From Roseomonas sp. (lineage in GTDB: Bacteria > Pseudomonadota > Alphaproteobacteria > Acetobacterales > Acetobacteraceae), in contig JBIJAH010000007.1 of the NCBI GenBank assembly GCA_044345845.1, positions 40,414 to 104,413 of the forward strand: 64,000 nt of DNA, written 5' to 3'. Under the pieces are notes generated by a model, which was not told where the DNA came from, did not search any database, and was given only the letters and a program-made list of their open reading frames with translations. Below, one piece after another: positions 47,809 through 57,456 of this stretch; position 1 is the stretch's first letter, and the number at the start of each line of letters is the position of its first letter. A program made the position numbers and the translations under genes.

Positions 47809-48576
47809 ATGCACCGCCGCGCCTTGCTTCTTGCTATTGGTTCATCGCCTTTGCTTGGCAGGCAGGGGGGCGCCGCGCCCGCGCCGCTGATTGCCGCCGC
47901 TGCCGGACTGCAACCCGTACTGGAAGAAGCGGCAGGGCTGATCGCAGCAGAAACCGGGATTGCGCCGCGCTTGGCCTATGGTGCCAGTGGCAATTTGGCG
48001 CGGCAGATTGCGCAAGGCGCCCCTCTTGAAATGCTGCTGGCGGCGGACGAAATCAGTATTCAAAAACTCGCCGAAGCGGGGCATACGCGCGATGCCGGCC
48101 ATGTCTTTGCGGTAGGAAGGCTTGCGCTGTTTGCCCCGCGCGGTTCGGCGCTTGATCCCGCTGCTGGGCTTGAAGCGCTCCGCCCCTTGCTCGCGGCGGG
48201 GCGGGTGCGGCGCTTTGCCATCGCCAATCCGGAAATCGCCCCCTATGGCCGCGCTGCCGAAGAAGCCCTGCGCCGCTTGAACCTTTGGGAGGCGCTGCGC
48301 CCGCGCCTGGTCTTTGGCGAAAACATCGCCCAGGCGGCGCAATTCGCCATGATGGAAGGGGCGACTGGCGGCTTGATTGCGCATTCTCTGGCGCTATCGC
48401 CCGCAGTAAAGGCGCGCGGTGATTTTAGCCTGGTGCCTGAGGCTTTGCACGGGCCGCTCCGCCATCGCTTGGCGCTCACGCGGCGCGCCAGTGAAGCGGC
48501 GGTCCGCGTGCAGGCGTGGTTGCTCTCCCCCCAGGCGGTAGCGCTTTTCGCGCGCCATGGCTTGCAGGCGCCCTGA
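47809..48576 (+). CDS. modA: Molybdate ABC transporter substrate-binding protein
   Basis: AAAGLQP, YGASGNLARQI, IANPEIAPYGRAA and GENIAQA; Tat-like HRRALL. Confidence 0.95.
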   Translation: MHRRALLLAIGSSPLLGRQGGAAPAPLIAAAAGLQPVLEEAAGLIAAETGIAPRLAYGASGNLARQIAQGAPLEMLLAADEISIQKLAEAGHTRDAGHVFAVGRLALFAPRGSALDPAAGLEALRPLLAAGRVRRFAIANPEIAPYGRAAEEALRRLNLWEALRPRLVFGENIAQAAQFAMMEGATGGLIAHSLALSPAVKARGDFSLVPEALHGPLRHRLALTRRASEAAVRVQAWLLSPQAVALFARHGLQAP

Positions 48577-48579
48577 AGA

Positions 48580-49251
48580 ATGGACTGGCCCGCGGTTCGA
48601 CTTTCGCTTTGGCTTGGCCTTGGCACGGTGGTGATCCTGCTGCCCTTGGCGCTGTGGCTCGGGCGCTTCCTGGCGCTGCGGCGCTTTCGCGGGCAGGGCG
48701 TGGTTGAAGCGGCGGTGGCGCTGCCGCTGGTGCTGCCGCCAACCGTGCTTGGCTTTTATTTGCTGACCACCTTTGGCGCCGGCACCTGGTTCGGTGGCGC
48801 CTTCCAGGCGATATTTGGCCGGACCCTGGCCTTTTCCTTTGAAGGGCTGCTGCTGGCGAGTGCCATCGCGAATATCCCCTTCGCGGTGCAGCCAATCCAG
48901 AACGCCTTTGGCGCCATCCCACCCAATCTGCGCGAAGCGGGTGCGACTTCCGGTATGACCCCCTGGGCAGTGTTCCGGCGGATTGAATTGCCCTTGGCCT
49001 GGCCCGGCATAGCCACCGCCATTGTGCTGACCTTCGCCCATACGCTTGGCGAATTCGGTGTGGTGCTGATGGTGGGCGGCGCCATCCCTGGCGAAACCCG
49101 CACCGCCGCCATTGCCATTTATGATCGTGTGCAGGCTTTTGACGATGCCGCCGCGGCCAGCATGTCGGCCCTGTTGCTTGTGATCTGTCTGGTGGCGCTG
49201 CTGCTGGTGCAGCGGCTCACGCGCGGAATCGGGCGCCGCCGCCATGGCTAG
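48580..49251 (+). CDS. modB: Molybdate ABC transporter permease
   Basis: LPLVLPPTVLGFYLL and FAHTLGEFGVVLMVGG. Confidence 0.96.
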   Translation: MDWPAVRLSLWLGLGTVVILLPLALWLGRFLALRRFRGQGVVEAAVALPLVLPPTVLGFYLLTTFGAGTWFGGAFQAIFGRTLAFSFEGLLLASAIANIPFAVQPIQNAFGAIPPNLREAGATSGMTPWAVFRRIELPLAWPGIATAIVLTFAHTLGEFGVVLMVGGAIPGETRTAAIAIYDRVQAFDDAAAASMSALLLVICLVALLLVQRLTRGIGRRRHG

Positions 49252-50344
49252 TCCGGGCCTTAGCCTGCGCCTGAAGGCCACGGCGCCGATCGCGCTTGAC
49301 CTTGCGCTGGACTGCGCCCCGGGGGAGCTACTCGCGATTATCGGCCCGTCAGGCGCCGGCAAATCCACCACGCTCCGCGCCATTGCCGGGCTGCATCACC
49401 CCGAAAGCGGCCATGTGATCTGCGACGGCGAGGCATGGCTCGACACAAGCCGCGCGCTTGACCTGCCGGCGCATCGGCGCCGCGTGGGGCTGGTGTTTCA
49501 GGATTACGCGCTGTTTCCGCATATGACAGCGCTGGCCAATGTTATGGCCGCCATGGGCCATCTGCCCGCCGCTGAGCGTGCCCCCCGCGCTGCTACCCTT
49601 CTGGCGCGCGTCCATCTGGCAGGGCTTGAACAACGCCGCCCAGCTGAACTTTCGGGCGGGCAACAACAACGCGTTGCGGTGGCGCGGGCTTTGGCGCGCG
49701 ACCCTGCCGTGCTGCTGCTGGATGAACCCTTCAGCGCCGTGGATCGCGCCACGCGGCGGCGCTTGCAGGTGGAATTGGCCAATCTGCGCCAGGGGCTTTC
49801 CATCCCAATCATTCTGGTGACGCATGATTTGGATGAGGCCGCTTCCCTCGCGGACCGCATGCTGCTGCTGCATCGGGGCCGGGGGCTGCAAACTGCGCCG
49901 CCCGCGGAAATGCTGGCCCGCCCGGCCTCAGCCGAAGTCGCGCGGCTGCTTGATCTGCGCAACCTTTTTACCGGCGTTATCCTGGCGCATGAGGATGCCC
50001 TCACGCGGCTCCGCTGGGGTGATCAAATGCTGGAAGCGGCCCCCATGCCAAGCCTGCCGCCTGGCACCGCCGTGGATTGGCTGATTGGCGCGGGCGGGGT
50101 GGTGCTGCATCGGCGTGGTCGGCCTTCGGCGGGCGAAAGGGAGAACCCGGTGTCCGGCACCATCATCGCGCTGCTGCCCATGGGCGAGGAAATGCGCGTG
50201 ACCCTGGATGTCGGCGACCCCGAGGGCCGACAATTGACCTTCGCCCTGCCGCGCCATGCCGCGCAGCGTAACGCGCTTGCAGTGGGCGAAGCATGCAGCG
50301 TTTCCCTGCTGCGCGATGCGCTGCATGTGATGCCCCGGCCATGA
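49244..50344 (+). CDS. modC: Molybdate ABC transporter ATPase with a C-terminal TOBE-like domain
   Basis: GPSGAGKS, LSGGQQQRVA and LLLDEPF. Confidence 0.93.
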   Translation: MASPGLSLRLKATAPIALDLALDCAPGELLAIIGPSGAGKSTTLRAIAGLHHPESGHVICDGEAWLDTSRALDLPAHRRRVGLVFQDYALFPHMTALANVMAAMGHLPAAERAPRAATLLARVHLAGLEQRRPAELSGGQQQRVAVARALARDPAVLLLDEPFSAVDRATRRRLQVELANLRQGLSIPIILVTHDLDEAASLADRMLLLHRGRGLQTAPPAEMLARPASAEVARLLDLRNLFTGVILAHEDALTRLRWGDQMLEAAPMPSLPPGTAVDWLIGAGGVVLHRRGRPSAGERENPVSGTIIALLPMGEEMRVTLDVGDPEGRQLTFALPRHAAQRNALAVGEACSVSLLRDALHVMPRP

Positions 50345-50673
50345 AGGACGCCGCGCTTTGGCTGCGCCTTGATTTTGCCGATGGCCGCGTCGGCCCGGGC
50401 AAAATCACGCTGCTGGAAGCCATTGCCGAAGCCGGTTCGATCAGCGCCGCCGCGCGGTCGCTCGGCATGTCCTATCGCCGGGCCTGGGAATTGGTGGCGG
50501 AGCTGAATGAGACCTTCTCGGCCCCGGTGGTGGAGCGCATCACCGGCGGCGCCGGGGGTGGTGGGGCGCGGCTGACCAGCCTTGGGGAAGCGCTGGTGCT
50601 GGGCTTTCGCGACATTGAAGCCGCCGCCAGCCGCGCGGCGGCCCAGCATTTGCGCCGTTTGGCGAAATCCTGA
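50341..50673 (+). CDS. modE: ModE N-terminal winged-HTH-only regulator
   Basis: GPGKITLLEAI...GSISAAARSLGMSYRRAW...GGGGARLT; 110 aa with no molybdate-binding TOBE domain. ATGA overlap with modC. Confidence 0.88.
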   Translation: MKDAALWLRLDFADGRVGPGKITLLEAIAEAGSISAAARSLGMSYRRAWELVAELNETFSAPVVERITGGAGGGGARLTSLGEALVLGFRDIEAAASRAAAQHLRRLAKS

Positions 50674-50719
50674 AGCGCGGCACCTTGCGGTAGCGGCCTG
50701 GGCGCGCTGCAATGCGTGC

Positions 50720-51436
50720 ATGAGTGACACCGCAACCGCCCCCGCCCGCCCGGCTTCCTCGGTCATGCTGCTGCGTGATGGAAGGCGCGGCATGGAAGTT
50801 TTCATGGTGGTGCGCCACCGCCAGATTGATTTCGCGTCTGGCGCCTTGGTATTTCCCGGTGGGCGCGTGGAAGCGGCTGACAAGACACTCGGCGGCGGCG
50901 ACGCCCACGCGGCCCTTCGCGTCGCCGCCATCCGCGAGACCTGGGAAGAATGCGGTGTCTTGCTGGCCGAGGAAGGCCAGGCGCCGGAAGCCGAGGGCGA
51001 TTTTGCCGCCATGCTTGCCGAACGCCGCCTAGTGCCGGCGATCTCCATACTCGGGCATTTCGCGCATTGGATCACGCCGGTGGAAGTGCCCAAGCGCTTT
51101 GACACGCATTTCTTCCTGGCCGCTGCGCCCGAAGATCAGGCCGCGGTGCATGATGGGCATGAAGCGGTGGATAGTGTCTGGATCAAGCCCGCTGATGCGC
51201 TGGCCGAAGGCATTGCCGGCACCAAGAAGCTCGTGTTCCCGACACGCATGAACCTGACCAAGCTTGCGCGGCACGGCAGCGTGGCGGAAGCCTTCGCCGC
51301 TGCACGCGCCAAGCCCGTGGTGACCGTATTGCCCGAACTTGTGGGCATGACCCCTGAAGGGCGCATCCTGCGCCTGCCTCGTGCAGCTGATTATGGCGGC
51401 GAGGAATTCCTGGCGGGCGACCCGCCTTCCATGTGA
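50720..51436 (+). CDS. NUDIX hydrolase (NUDT19-like)
   Basis: ALVFPGGRV, AAIRETWEECG and FAHWITP...KRFDTHFF. Confidence 0.88.
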   Translation: MSDTATAPARPASSVMLLRDGRRGMEVFMVVRHRQIDFASGALVFPGGRVEAADKTLGGGDAHAALRVAAIRETWEECGVLLAEEGQAPEAEGDFAAMLAERRLVPAISILGHFAHWITPVEVPKRFDTHFFLAAAPEDQAAVHDGHEAVDSVWIKPADALAEGIAGTKKLVFPTRMNLTKLARHGSVAEAFAAARAKPVVTVLPELVGMTPEGRILRLPRAADYGGEEFLAGDPPSM

Positions 51437-52656
51437 TGGAGAATCCAGCCATGCTGCCTCGCCGCCTTCGCTTCGGCATTTTCTTGGCCCCGTTTCATCG
51501 GGTTGGTGACAACCCGACGCTTGGGCTGACGCGCGATTTGGAATTGATCGAGTGGCTTGACCATCTGGGCTTTGATGAGGCCTGGATCGGGGAGCATCAT
51601 TCCGCCGGCTGGGAAACAATCGCGAGCCCGGAAATCATGATTGCGGCGGCGGCGGAACGCACCAAGCACATCAAGCTTGGCTCTGGAGTCACCAGCCTGC
51701 CGTATCACCACCCGCTGCTGGTGGCGCAGCGCTTTGTGCAGTTGGATCACATGACGCGCGGGCGCGTGATGCTGGGCTGCGGGCCGGGCGCGCTTGTCTC
51801 TGACGCATACATGATGGGCATTGATGCCGCGCATCAGCGCCGGCGGATGGATGAATCGCTCAATGCCATCACGCGGCTTTTGGCCTGCGAAGAACCGGTG
51901 ACGATGGAAACCGATTGGTTCACCTTGCGTGAGGCACGGTTGCATTTGGCACCTTATTCGGAACCGCGTTTCCCAATTTCGGTCGCGTCGTCCACCACGC
52001 CATCGGGCGCGCTGGCAGCGGCGAAATATGGGCTTGGGCTGATATCGCTGGGTGCGGGGCTGCCGGGTGGGCCGAAATCACTCGCCGGGCAATGGCAGAT
52101 GGCGGAAGCGGAAGCCGCCAAGCATGGCCAGAAGATGGAACGGCGCAATTGGCGCCTGGTGGTCAATCTGCATTGCGCTGAGGATGATGAACGCGCGCTG
52201 CGCGATGTGCGCCATGGTGAGGCTTTGGAAACGCTGACCTATTTCAGCGAAACCCTGGGCCGGCCACCGATGCGTTCCGAAGACCCGCTGCGCGATGGCT
52301 TGGCGATGGGGTCAACGCTGGTGGGATCACCGGAAACCGTGGCGGCGGGGATTGAGCGTTTGCTGAGCTTCACCGATGGCGGGGCAGGGGGTGTGTTGTT
52401 CCGCGCCCATGAATGGGCCGATCGGGAAGCGACCATGCGTTCCTTTGAGCTTTTCGCGCGTTGGGTGATGCCGCGCTTCCAAGGCTCGCTCGTGATGCCG
52501 CAGCAATCGCGCGATTGGGTCAGCGAAAATCGCGAAAGCATCTTTGCACCGAATATGGCAGCGCTGAAGCAGGCCTTCCGCGATGCCGGGCAGGATGCGC
52601 CGGAGATGTCACGGCTCAAGCTGCATACCGGCAAGGTTGAAGTGCCGCAGGTTTGA
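51433..52656 (+). CDS. LLM-class flavin-dependent monooxygenase (LimB-like)
   Basis: FGIFLAPFH, GFDEAWIGEHHSAGWE, KLGSGVTSLPYHHP and LDHMTRGR. Confidence 0.9.
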   Translation: MMENPAMLPRRLRFGIFLAPFHRVGDNPTLGLTRDLELIEWLDHLGFDEAWIGEHHSAGWETIASPEIMIAAAAERTKHIKLGSGVTSLPYHHPLLVAQRFVQLDHMTRGRVMLGCGPGALVSDAYMMGIDAAHQRRRMDESLNAITRLLACEEPVTMETDWFTLREARLHLAPYSEPRFPISVASSTTPSGALAAAKYGLGLISLGAGLPGGPKSLAGQWQMAEAEAAKHGQKMERRNWRLVVNLHCAEDDERALRDVRHGEALETLTYFSETLGRPPMRSEDPLRDGLAMGSTLVGSPETVAAGIERLLSFTDGGAGGVLFRAHEWADREATMRSFELFARWVMPRFQGSLVMPQQSRDWVSENRESIFAPNMAALKQAFRDAGQDAPEMSRLKLHTGKVEVPQV

Positions 52657-52661
52657 AGCCC

Positions 52662-53702
52662 ATGATCACGCGGCGTGGCTTGGCGGCGGCGGCCTTGCTG
52701 CCGCTCGCCGCGCCAGTTGCGGCGCAGGGCAGGCCTGTTAGTCGTATTGCTTTCGGAACCTGTGCCGATGAGAAGCTGCCGCAGCCGATCTGGCGTGCGG
52801 TGCGTGCCTGGCAGCCGGAATTCTTCATCTTCGCCGGCGATAATGTCTATGGCGGGGTGCGGCGGCATGATCTGGCCGAATTGCAGGAAGCCTATGCCCG
52901 TGCCCGGCTGCATCAGGAATTCATGGGCTTCATCGCAGACCAACAGCATCACACTGCGATCTGGGATGATCATGATTTTGGCGTGAATGATGGCGGTGTT
53001 GAAAACCCCTTCAAGCAGGAAGCGAAGGACGCGTTTCTGGAATTCTGGCGCGTGCCGGCTGATGACATCAGGCGTCGGCGCGACGGGCTGTATCATCATC
53101 TGACTTTGGGACCGGCAGGGCAGCGCGTTCAGATCATTCTGCTGGATACGCGCTGGTTTCGTTCCCCTTTGCGAATCACGGATATGCGCGGCGCACCCGG
53201 GCGGGAACGCTATTTGCCGGATGATGATCCGGCAAAGACCATACTCGGCGAAGCGCAATGGGATTGGCTTGGCCAATGCCTGCGAGAACCCGCCGAATTG
53301 CGTTTGATTGTTTCTTCCATCCAGATCGTGGTGGAAGGCCATGGCTGGGAAAGATGGGGCAACTTCCCGCGCGAACGCCAGCGGCTTTATGATTTGATCG
53401 CCAGCACCAAGGCAGGCGGCGTGGTGTTTCTGTCCGGCGATCGGCATATCGGCGCGCTTTATCGTGAAAGCCAGGGCGCGCCCTATCCGCTGACGGAAGT
53501 CACCTCAAGCGGTATCAACCGACAATTCGTCAATGCGCGCGAACAAGGCCCTAATCGTCTTGGGGAGCTTTATCCGCGCGTCAATTTCGGCACGCTGGAG
53601 ATGGATTGGCAGGAAAAGCGCGTGACGCTGGCGCTGCGTGATGAGGATGGCGCGGTGCAGCGCCATGTCTCACTCGCGCTCGATGATTTGCGCGCGAGTT
53701 AG
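52662..53702 (+). CDS. phoD: PhoD-family alkaline phosphatase / phosphodiesterase, Tat-exported
   Basis: TRRGLAA leader, AGDNVY, WDDHD, LDTRWFRS and LSGDRH. Confidence 0.88.
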   Translation: MITRRGLAAAALLPLAAPVAAQGRPVSRIAFGTCADEKLPQPIWRAVRAWQPEFFIFAGDNVYGGVRRHDLAELQEAYARARLHQEFMGFIADQQHHTAIWDDHDFGVNDGGVENPFKQEAKDAFLEFWRVPADDIRRRRDGLYHHLTLGPAGQRVQIILLDTRWFRSPLRITDMRGAPGRERYLPDDDPAKTILGEAQWDWLGQCLREPAELRLIVSSIQIVVEGHGWERWGNFPRERQRLYDLIASTKAGGVVFLSGDRHIGALYRESQGAPYPLTEVTSSGINRQFVNAREQGPNRLGELYPRVNFGTLEMDWQEKRVTLALRDEDGAVQRHVSLALDDLRAS

Positions 53703-53707
53703 GCGGG

Positions 53708-53741
53708 TTGGTGATGGCGGCAGCAGGGCCGCCATCACCAA
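53708..53741. repeat. Perfect 14-bp inverted repeat between convergent genes
   Basis: TTGGTGATGGCGGC-AGCAGG-GCCGCCATCACCAA, with no U-tract. Confidence 0.7.
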
Positions 53742-53748
53742 ACGATCA

Positions 53749-54714
53749 TCAATTGATGCGGAGATTAAGGCGACGGATTACCGCCCCTTCTTCTTCGATA
53801 ATCTTCGCCACTGAAGCGCGGTAATCCTCGCTGCTCTTGTAGATCAGCGGCATGTCGAAGCGTTCCAGCGCGGCTGTATGCACCGGATCATACAGTGCCT
53901 GCTTGAAGCCATCATGCAGTACTTTGACAATACCGGGATCAACGCCCTTGGGCGCGGCAATGCCATAGGGTGAAGTGGAGACAATGTTGATGCCGCTTTC
54001 AACGAGCGTCGGCGCATCCGGATAGCGCTTGGCGCGTTGTTCGCCCCAGGTGCAAAGCAGGCGGAACTGCCCGCCATCCACCAATGGCGCCCAGGAGGTT
54101 GAATCAACCATCGCCTGGGTCTGCCCACTCAGCAGGGATTGCGCATTATCCGCGCCGCCCCGGAAGGGCACATGCAGAAATTCAATACCGCGTTCGAGCG
54201 CGATGCGTTCCATGGTAATATGCAAAGTGGTACCGACGCCGGGCGACCCATAAGCCACCTTGCCCGGATTAGCTTTGGCGTAGGCCAGGAATTCTTCCCA
54301 GGTCTTCCATGGGCTATCGGACTTCACCACCACGCCGAAAAGATAGCCGGTCAAATGGATGATATAGGTAAAATCCTTGAGGGGATCCCAGGTCGGGCGG
54401 CTCGACATCATTGGGAAGCGGAAGACGGTGATGGGCAATTGCCCGACCATATAGCCATCGCCGCGCTGTTCCTGCGCCATGGCAGCCGCGGCCAAAGTGC
54501 CGCTGGCACCGCCGCGATTATCAATAATCACCTGCTGGCCAAGATAACGCGATCCCGCTTCAGCCAAGGCGCGCAATTGGCCATCGGTGGAACCGCCGGC
54601 CGGCCAGGGCACGATCAGGCGAATGGGGCGATTGGGAAAGCCGGATTGCGCGACGGCGGGTGTCGCAAGCAACCCTGCAGCGGCGGTCAAGGCAGTACGG
54701 CGCGTCAGTTTCAT
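53749..54714 (-). CDS. Bug/TctC tripartite tricarboxylate transporter substrate-binding protein
   Basis: Tat leader, FPNRPIRLIVPWPAGGSTD, DNRGGASG, HVPFRGG and PDAPTL. Confidence 0.93.
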   Translation of the reverse strand: MKLTRRTALTAAAGLLATPAVAQSGFPNRPIRLIVPWPAGGSTDGQLRALAEAGSRYLGQQVIIDNRGGASGTLAAAAMAQEQRGDGYMVGQLPITVFRFPMMSSRPTWDPLKDFTYIIHLTGYLFGVVVKSDSPWKTWEEFLAYAKANPGKVAYGSPGVGTTLHITMERIALERGIEFLHVPFRGGADNAQSLLSGQTQAMVDSTSWAPLVDGGQFRLLCTWGEQRAKRYPDAPTLVESGINIVSTSPYGIAAPKGVDPGIVKVLHDGFKQALYDPVHTAALERFDMPLIYKSSEDYRASVAKIIEEEGAVIRRLNLRIN

Positions 54715-54795
54715 GTCTTCCTCCCGGTTTTGGCGCGGTGCAGGTATGGCCCGCGCTGTTTCATCTCCATCCTAACATAGGCAGGCTCGGCAAGA

Positions 54796-56298
54796 CTATG
54801 GCTTTGCCGCTGCCCAACACCTGGCCCTTGCATCTGCAATGCGCCGGTTGATGGCGGTAATGGTCGCACGGTCCTGCGCCAGCTTGTCACGACGGCCCGC
54901 TATCAGCGCTGCCATGGCCGCCGGCGCCGGGCCGCCCTGCACACTGCGCCCTATCAGGTTTTCTGCCGGATCAAGTGCGGCGCGGAGCTTCGCGGCTGGA
55001 ATATGCAAGGCTTTGCCGAACAGCACCTGCGCAGCCTCATCCAATTCTGCGCTTGAAATGCTCTCTGCCGTGCGGCCTTCGGCCAGCGCATCGCGCACAA
55101 CAATGGCGACGATGTTATGCGCCATGCGGAAGCTCAGCCCGGTTTCGCGCACAATCACATCCGCCAATTCGGTGGCCGAGCCAAAACCCTCACGCGCCGC
55201 GCCTTCCATGCGGTCCTTGTTCAGGCTGATGCCCTGCATCACCTCCTGAAACAAAGCGAGGATCCGCCGGCTGCGAAGTGCTGCATCCAGCACGGGTTCA
55301 TTCACCGCCGTCACCGCGTCATTCACATCGGCGAAGGCAGTGTTTTTGGTGCAAGCCATGGCGGCGTGATGCGCACCCTGCACCATTGCTGCCGCTGCCT
55401 TTAGATGTTCCAGCGCCACAGGGTTCTTCTTCTGCGGCATAATGCTTGAGACCGCCGAATGGCGATCCGCCAACTCGACAAAACCATATTCCCAACTGCC
55501 CCAATTCTGCAGATCGGTCGCAAGGCGCGAGAGCAGCGTCATCATCACGGCCATGGCGGAAGCCGCTTCCAGCGCATCATCGCGCGAAGATACCGCATCA
55601 TAGGCAAGCTCCAGCGGCGCAGCGAATCCAAGCGCATCAGCGACCCAGGCGCGATCAAGCGGGAAGGCCGTGGTGGAAAGCGCGCCCGCGCCCAATGGGC
55701 AAAGATCACAATGCGCCAGCGCGCCCATCAGCCTTTCATGGTCACGCGCCAGCGCATCCGCCGCCGAGGCCAGCCAATAGCCAAAGGTGATGGGCTGCGC
55801 GTGCTGGCCATGCGTATAGCCAGGCATGATGGCGGCGATGTGTTCTTCAGCCAGCGCCAGCATCGTCTGCCGCAGATCCGCCAGCAACCCCAGCACCGCC
55901 AGCAATTCCGTGCGCAACGCCATGCGCCAGGTGGTTGCGTTCAGATCATTGCGGCTGCGCCCAGTATGCAGCCGCCCCCCAATATCGGGGCCGAGTTTTT
56001 GGATGATCAGTTTCTCGACATAGGAATAGAGATCTTCCTGACGGTAATCCACCGGCACCGCATCCGGCCCGGCATCAGCCATCGCAATAATTTCCGGTAG
56101 GATTTGCGCCATGGCATCACGCGCGATAATGCCTTGGCGTTCCAGCATCAGCCCATGCGCCAGATGCACCCACATCTCATGCTGAAAGACATAATTCTGC
56201 GCCCGCGCGACTGACCCGCGGTAATAGCTTTCCACCAGCAATGGCGAAGGCGGTTCCTTCACCCTTTCGCGTAAATTCACCGCCTCCGTCATTTTCAA
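54796..56298 (-). CDS. Argininosuccinate lyase-like C-N lyase (aspartase/fumarase superfamily)
   Basis: LHTGRSRND, MPGYTHGQHAQP, SSIMPQKKNP and SFRMAH. Confidence 0.85.
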   Translation of the reverse strand: MKMTEAVNLRERVKEPPSPLLVESYYRGSVARAQNYVFQHEMWVHLAHGLMLERQGIIARDAMAQILPEIIAMADAGPDAVPVDYRQEDLYSYVEKLIIQKLGPDIGGRLHTGRSRNDLNATTWRMALRTELLAVLGLLADLRQTMLALAEEHIAAIMPGYTHGQHAQPITFGYWLASAADALARDHERLMGALAHCDLCPLGAGALSTTAFPLDRAWVADALGFAAPLELAYDAVSSRDDALEAASAMAVMMTLLSRLATDLQNWGSWEYGFVELADRHSAVSSIMPQKKNPVALEHLKAAAAMVQGAHHAAMACTKNTAFADVNDAVTAVNEPVLDAALRSRRILALFQEVMQGISLNKDRMEGAAREGFGSATELADVIVRETGLSFRMAHNIVAIVVRDALAEGRTAESISSAELDEAAQVLFGKALHIPAAKLRAALDPAENLIGRSVQGGPAPAAMAALIAGRRDKLAQDRATITAINRRIADARARCWAAAKP

Positions 56299-56304
56299 CC
56301 TCTC

Positions 56305-57453
56305 TCAGGGACGTTGATTGCTGAGCACCACCGTGCCGGAGGCAGAGAACATGCCGCCCACGCCATGCGCCACGCTGATTTTCACATTGGGCACCTGGGC
56401 CGGCGCTGTGCCGCGCACCTGGCGCACGCTTTCCTGCAGGGCGAACATGCCATACATGCCAGTATGGGTATAAGAAAGCCCACCGCCATTGGTATTGATT
56501 GGCAGCTTGCCACCCGGCGCGGTATTGCGTTCCCAGATGAAATCCTTGGCCTCACCGCGCTTGACGAAGCCAAGATCTTCCAAGCCATACATGGGCAGAT
56601 GCGCGAAGGCGTCATAGATCATCAAATGATCCACATCGGCATGCTTGATGCCGGCCATGCGGAAGGCTTCCGGCCCCGCCACGCGGAATGCGCGCGATGA
56701 AGTGAAATCCTCCATCTGGCTCACCATGGTGGTTTCCACGCTCTCACCGCTGCCCAGAATATAGCAAGGCTTGGTCGGGAAATCCTTGGCACGATCAGAT
56801 GAGGTCAGGATCAGCGCGCCGCCGCCATCCGTCACCAGGCAGCATTGCAGCAGCCGGAAGGGATAGGCGATCATTTTGCTGTTCAGCACATCATCAATCG
56901 TGATCGGTTCCTTGAAGGCTGCGCGTGGGTTCTTCGCCGCCCATTCGCGCTGCACCACCGCAACCTGCGCCATTTGTTCATGCGTCACGCCATAGGTCTT
57001 CATGTAGCGCAGCACAGGAATGGGGAAGAGTGTCGGCGGACCCATGGGACCAAACGGCGCTTCGAATTGGCCATTCAGGCTTTGTGGTTCCGCCGGGCGC
57101 GGCGTGCCATTGACGCGGGATTTGCCGCTTTCCCCATGCGTGATCAGCACGGTCTTGCAATAGCCGGCATGAATGGCCGCCGCCGCATGGCGCACATGCA
57201 GCATGAAGGAACAGCCGCCAACACCCGTGCCATCCACCCATTTTGGCGTAATGCCAAGGTAATGCGCGATCTGCTGCGGCATCATCGGGCCAACACAGGC
57301 AACGCCATCAATATCGGCGGGCTTTAAGCCCGCATCGGCCATGGCATTCAGCGCCGCATCCGCATGCAGCATGATTTGCGCCATATCGGGCACGGCGCCG
57401 ATGCGTGTGCTTTCAGCCGCGCCAACAATGGCGATTTCACCGGGACGTATCAT
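56305..57453 (-). CDS. SCP2/Ltp2-type thiolase-fold protein
   Basis: AIVGAAE, CCLVTDGGGA, IYDAF, NTNGGGLS and HGVGG; it lacks the classical GHPxGASG and NEAF motifs. Confidence 0.88.
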   Translation of the reverse strand: MIRPGEIAIVGAAESTRIGAVPDMAQIMLHADAALNAMADAGLKPADIDGVACVGPMMPQQIAHYLGITPKWVDGTGVGGCSFMLHVRHAAAAIHAGYCKTVLITHGESGKSRVNGTPRPAEPQSLNGQFEAPFGPMGPPTLFPIPVLRYMKTYGVTHEQMAQVAVVQREWAAKNPRAAFKEPITIDDVLNSKMIAYPFRLLQCCLVTDGGGALILTSSDRAKDFPTKPCYILGSGESVETTMVSQMEDFTSSRAFRVAGPEAFRMAGIKHADVDHLMIYDAFAHLPMYGLEDLGFVKRGEAKDFIWERNTAPGGKLPINTNGGGLSYTHTGMYGMFALQESVRQVRGTAPAQVPNVKISVAHGVGGMFSASGTVVLSNQRP

Positions 57454-57456
57454 GGC

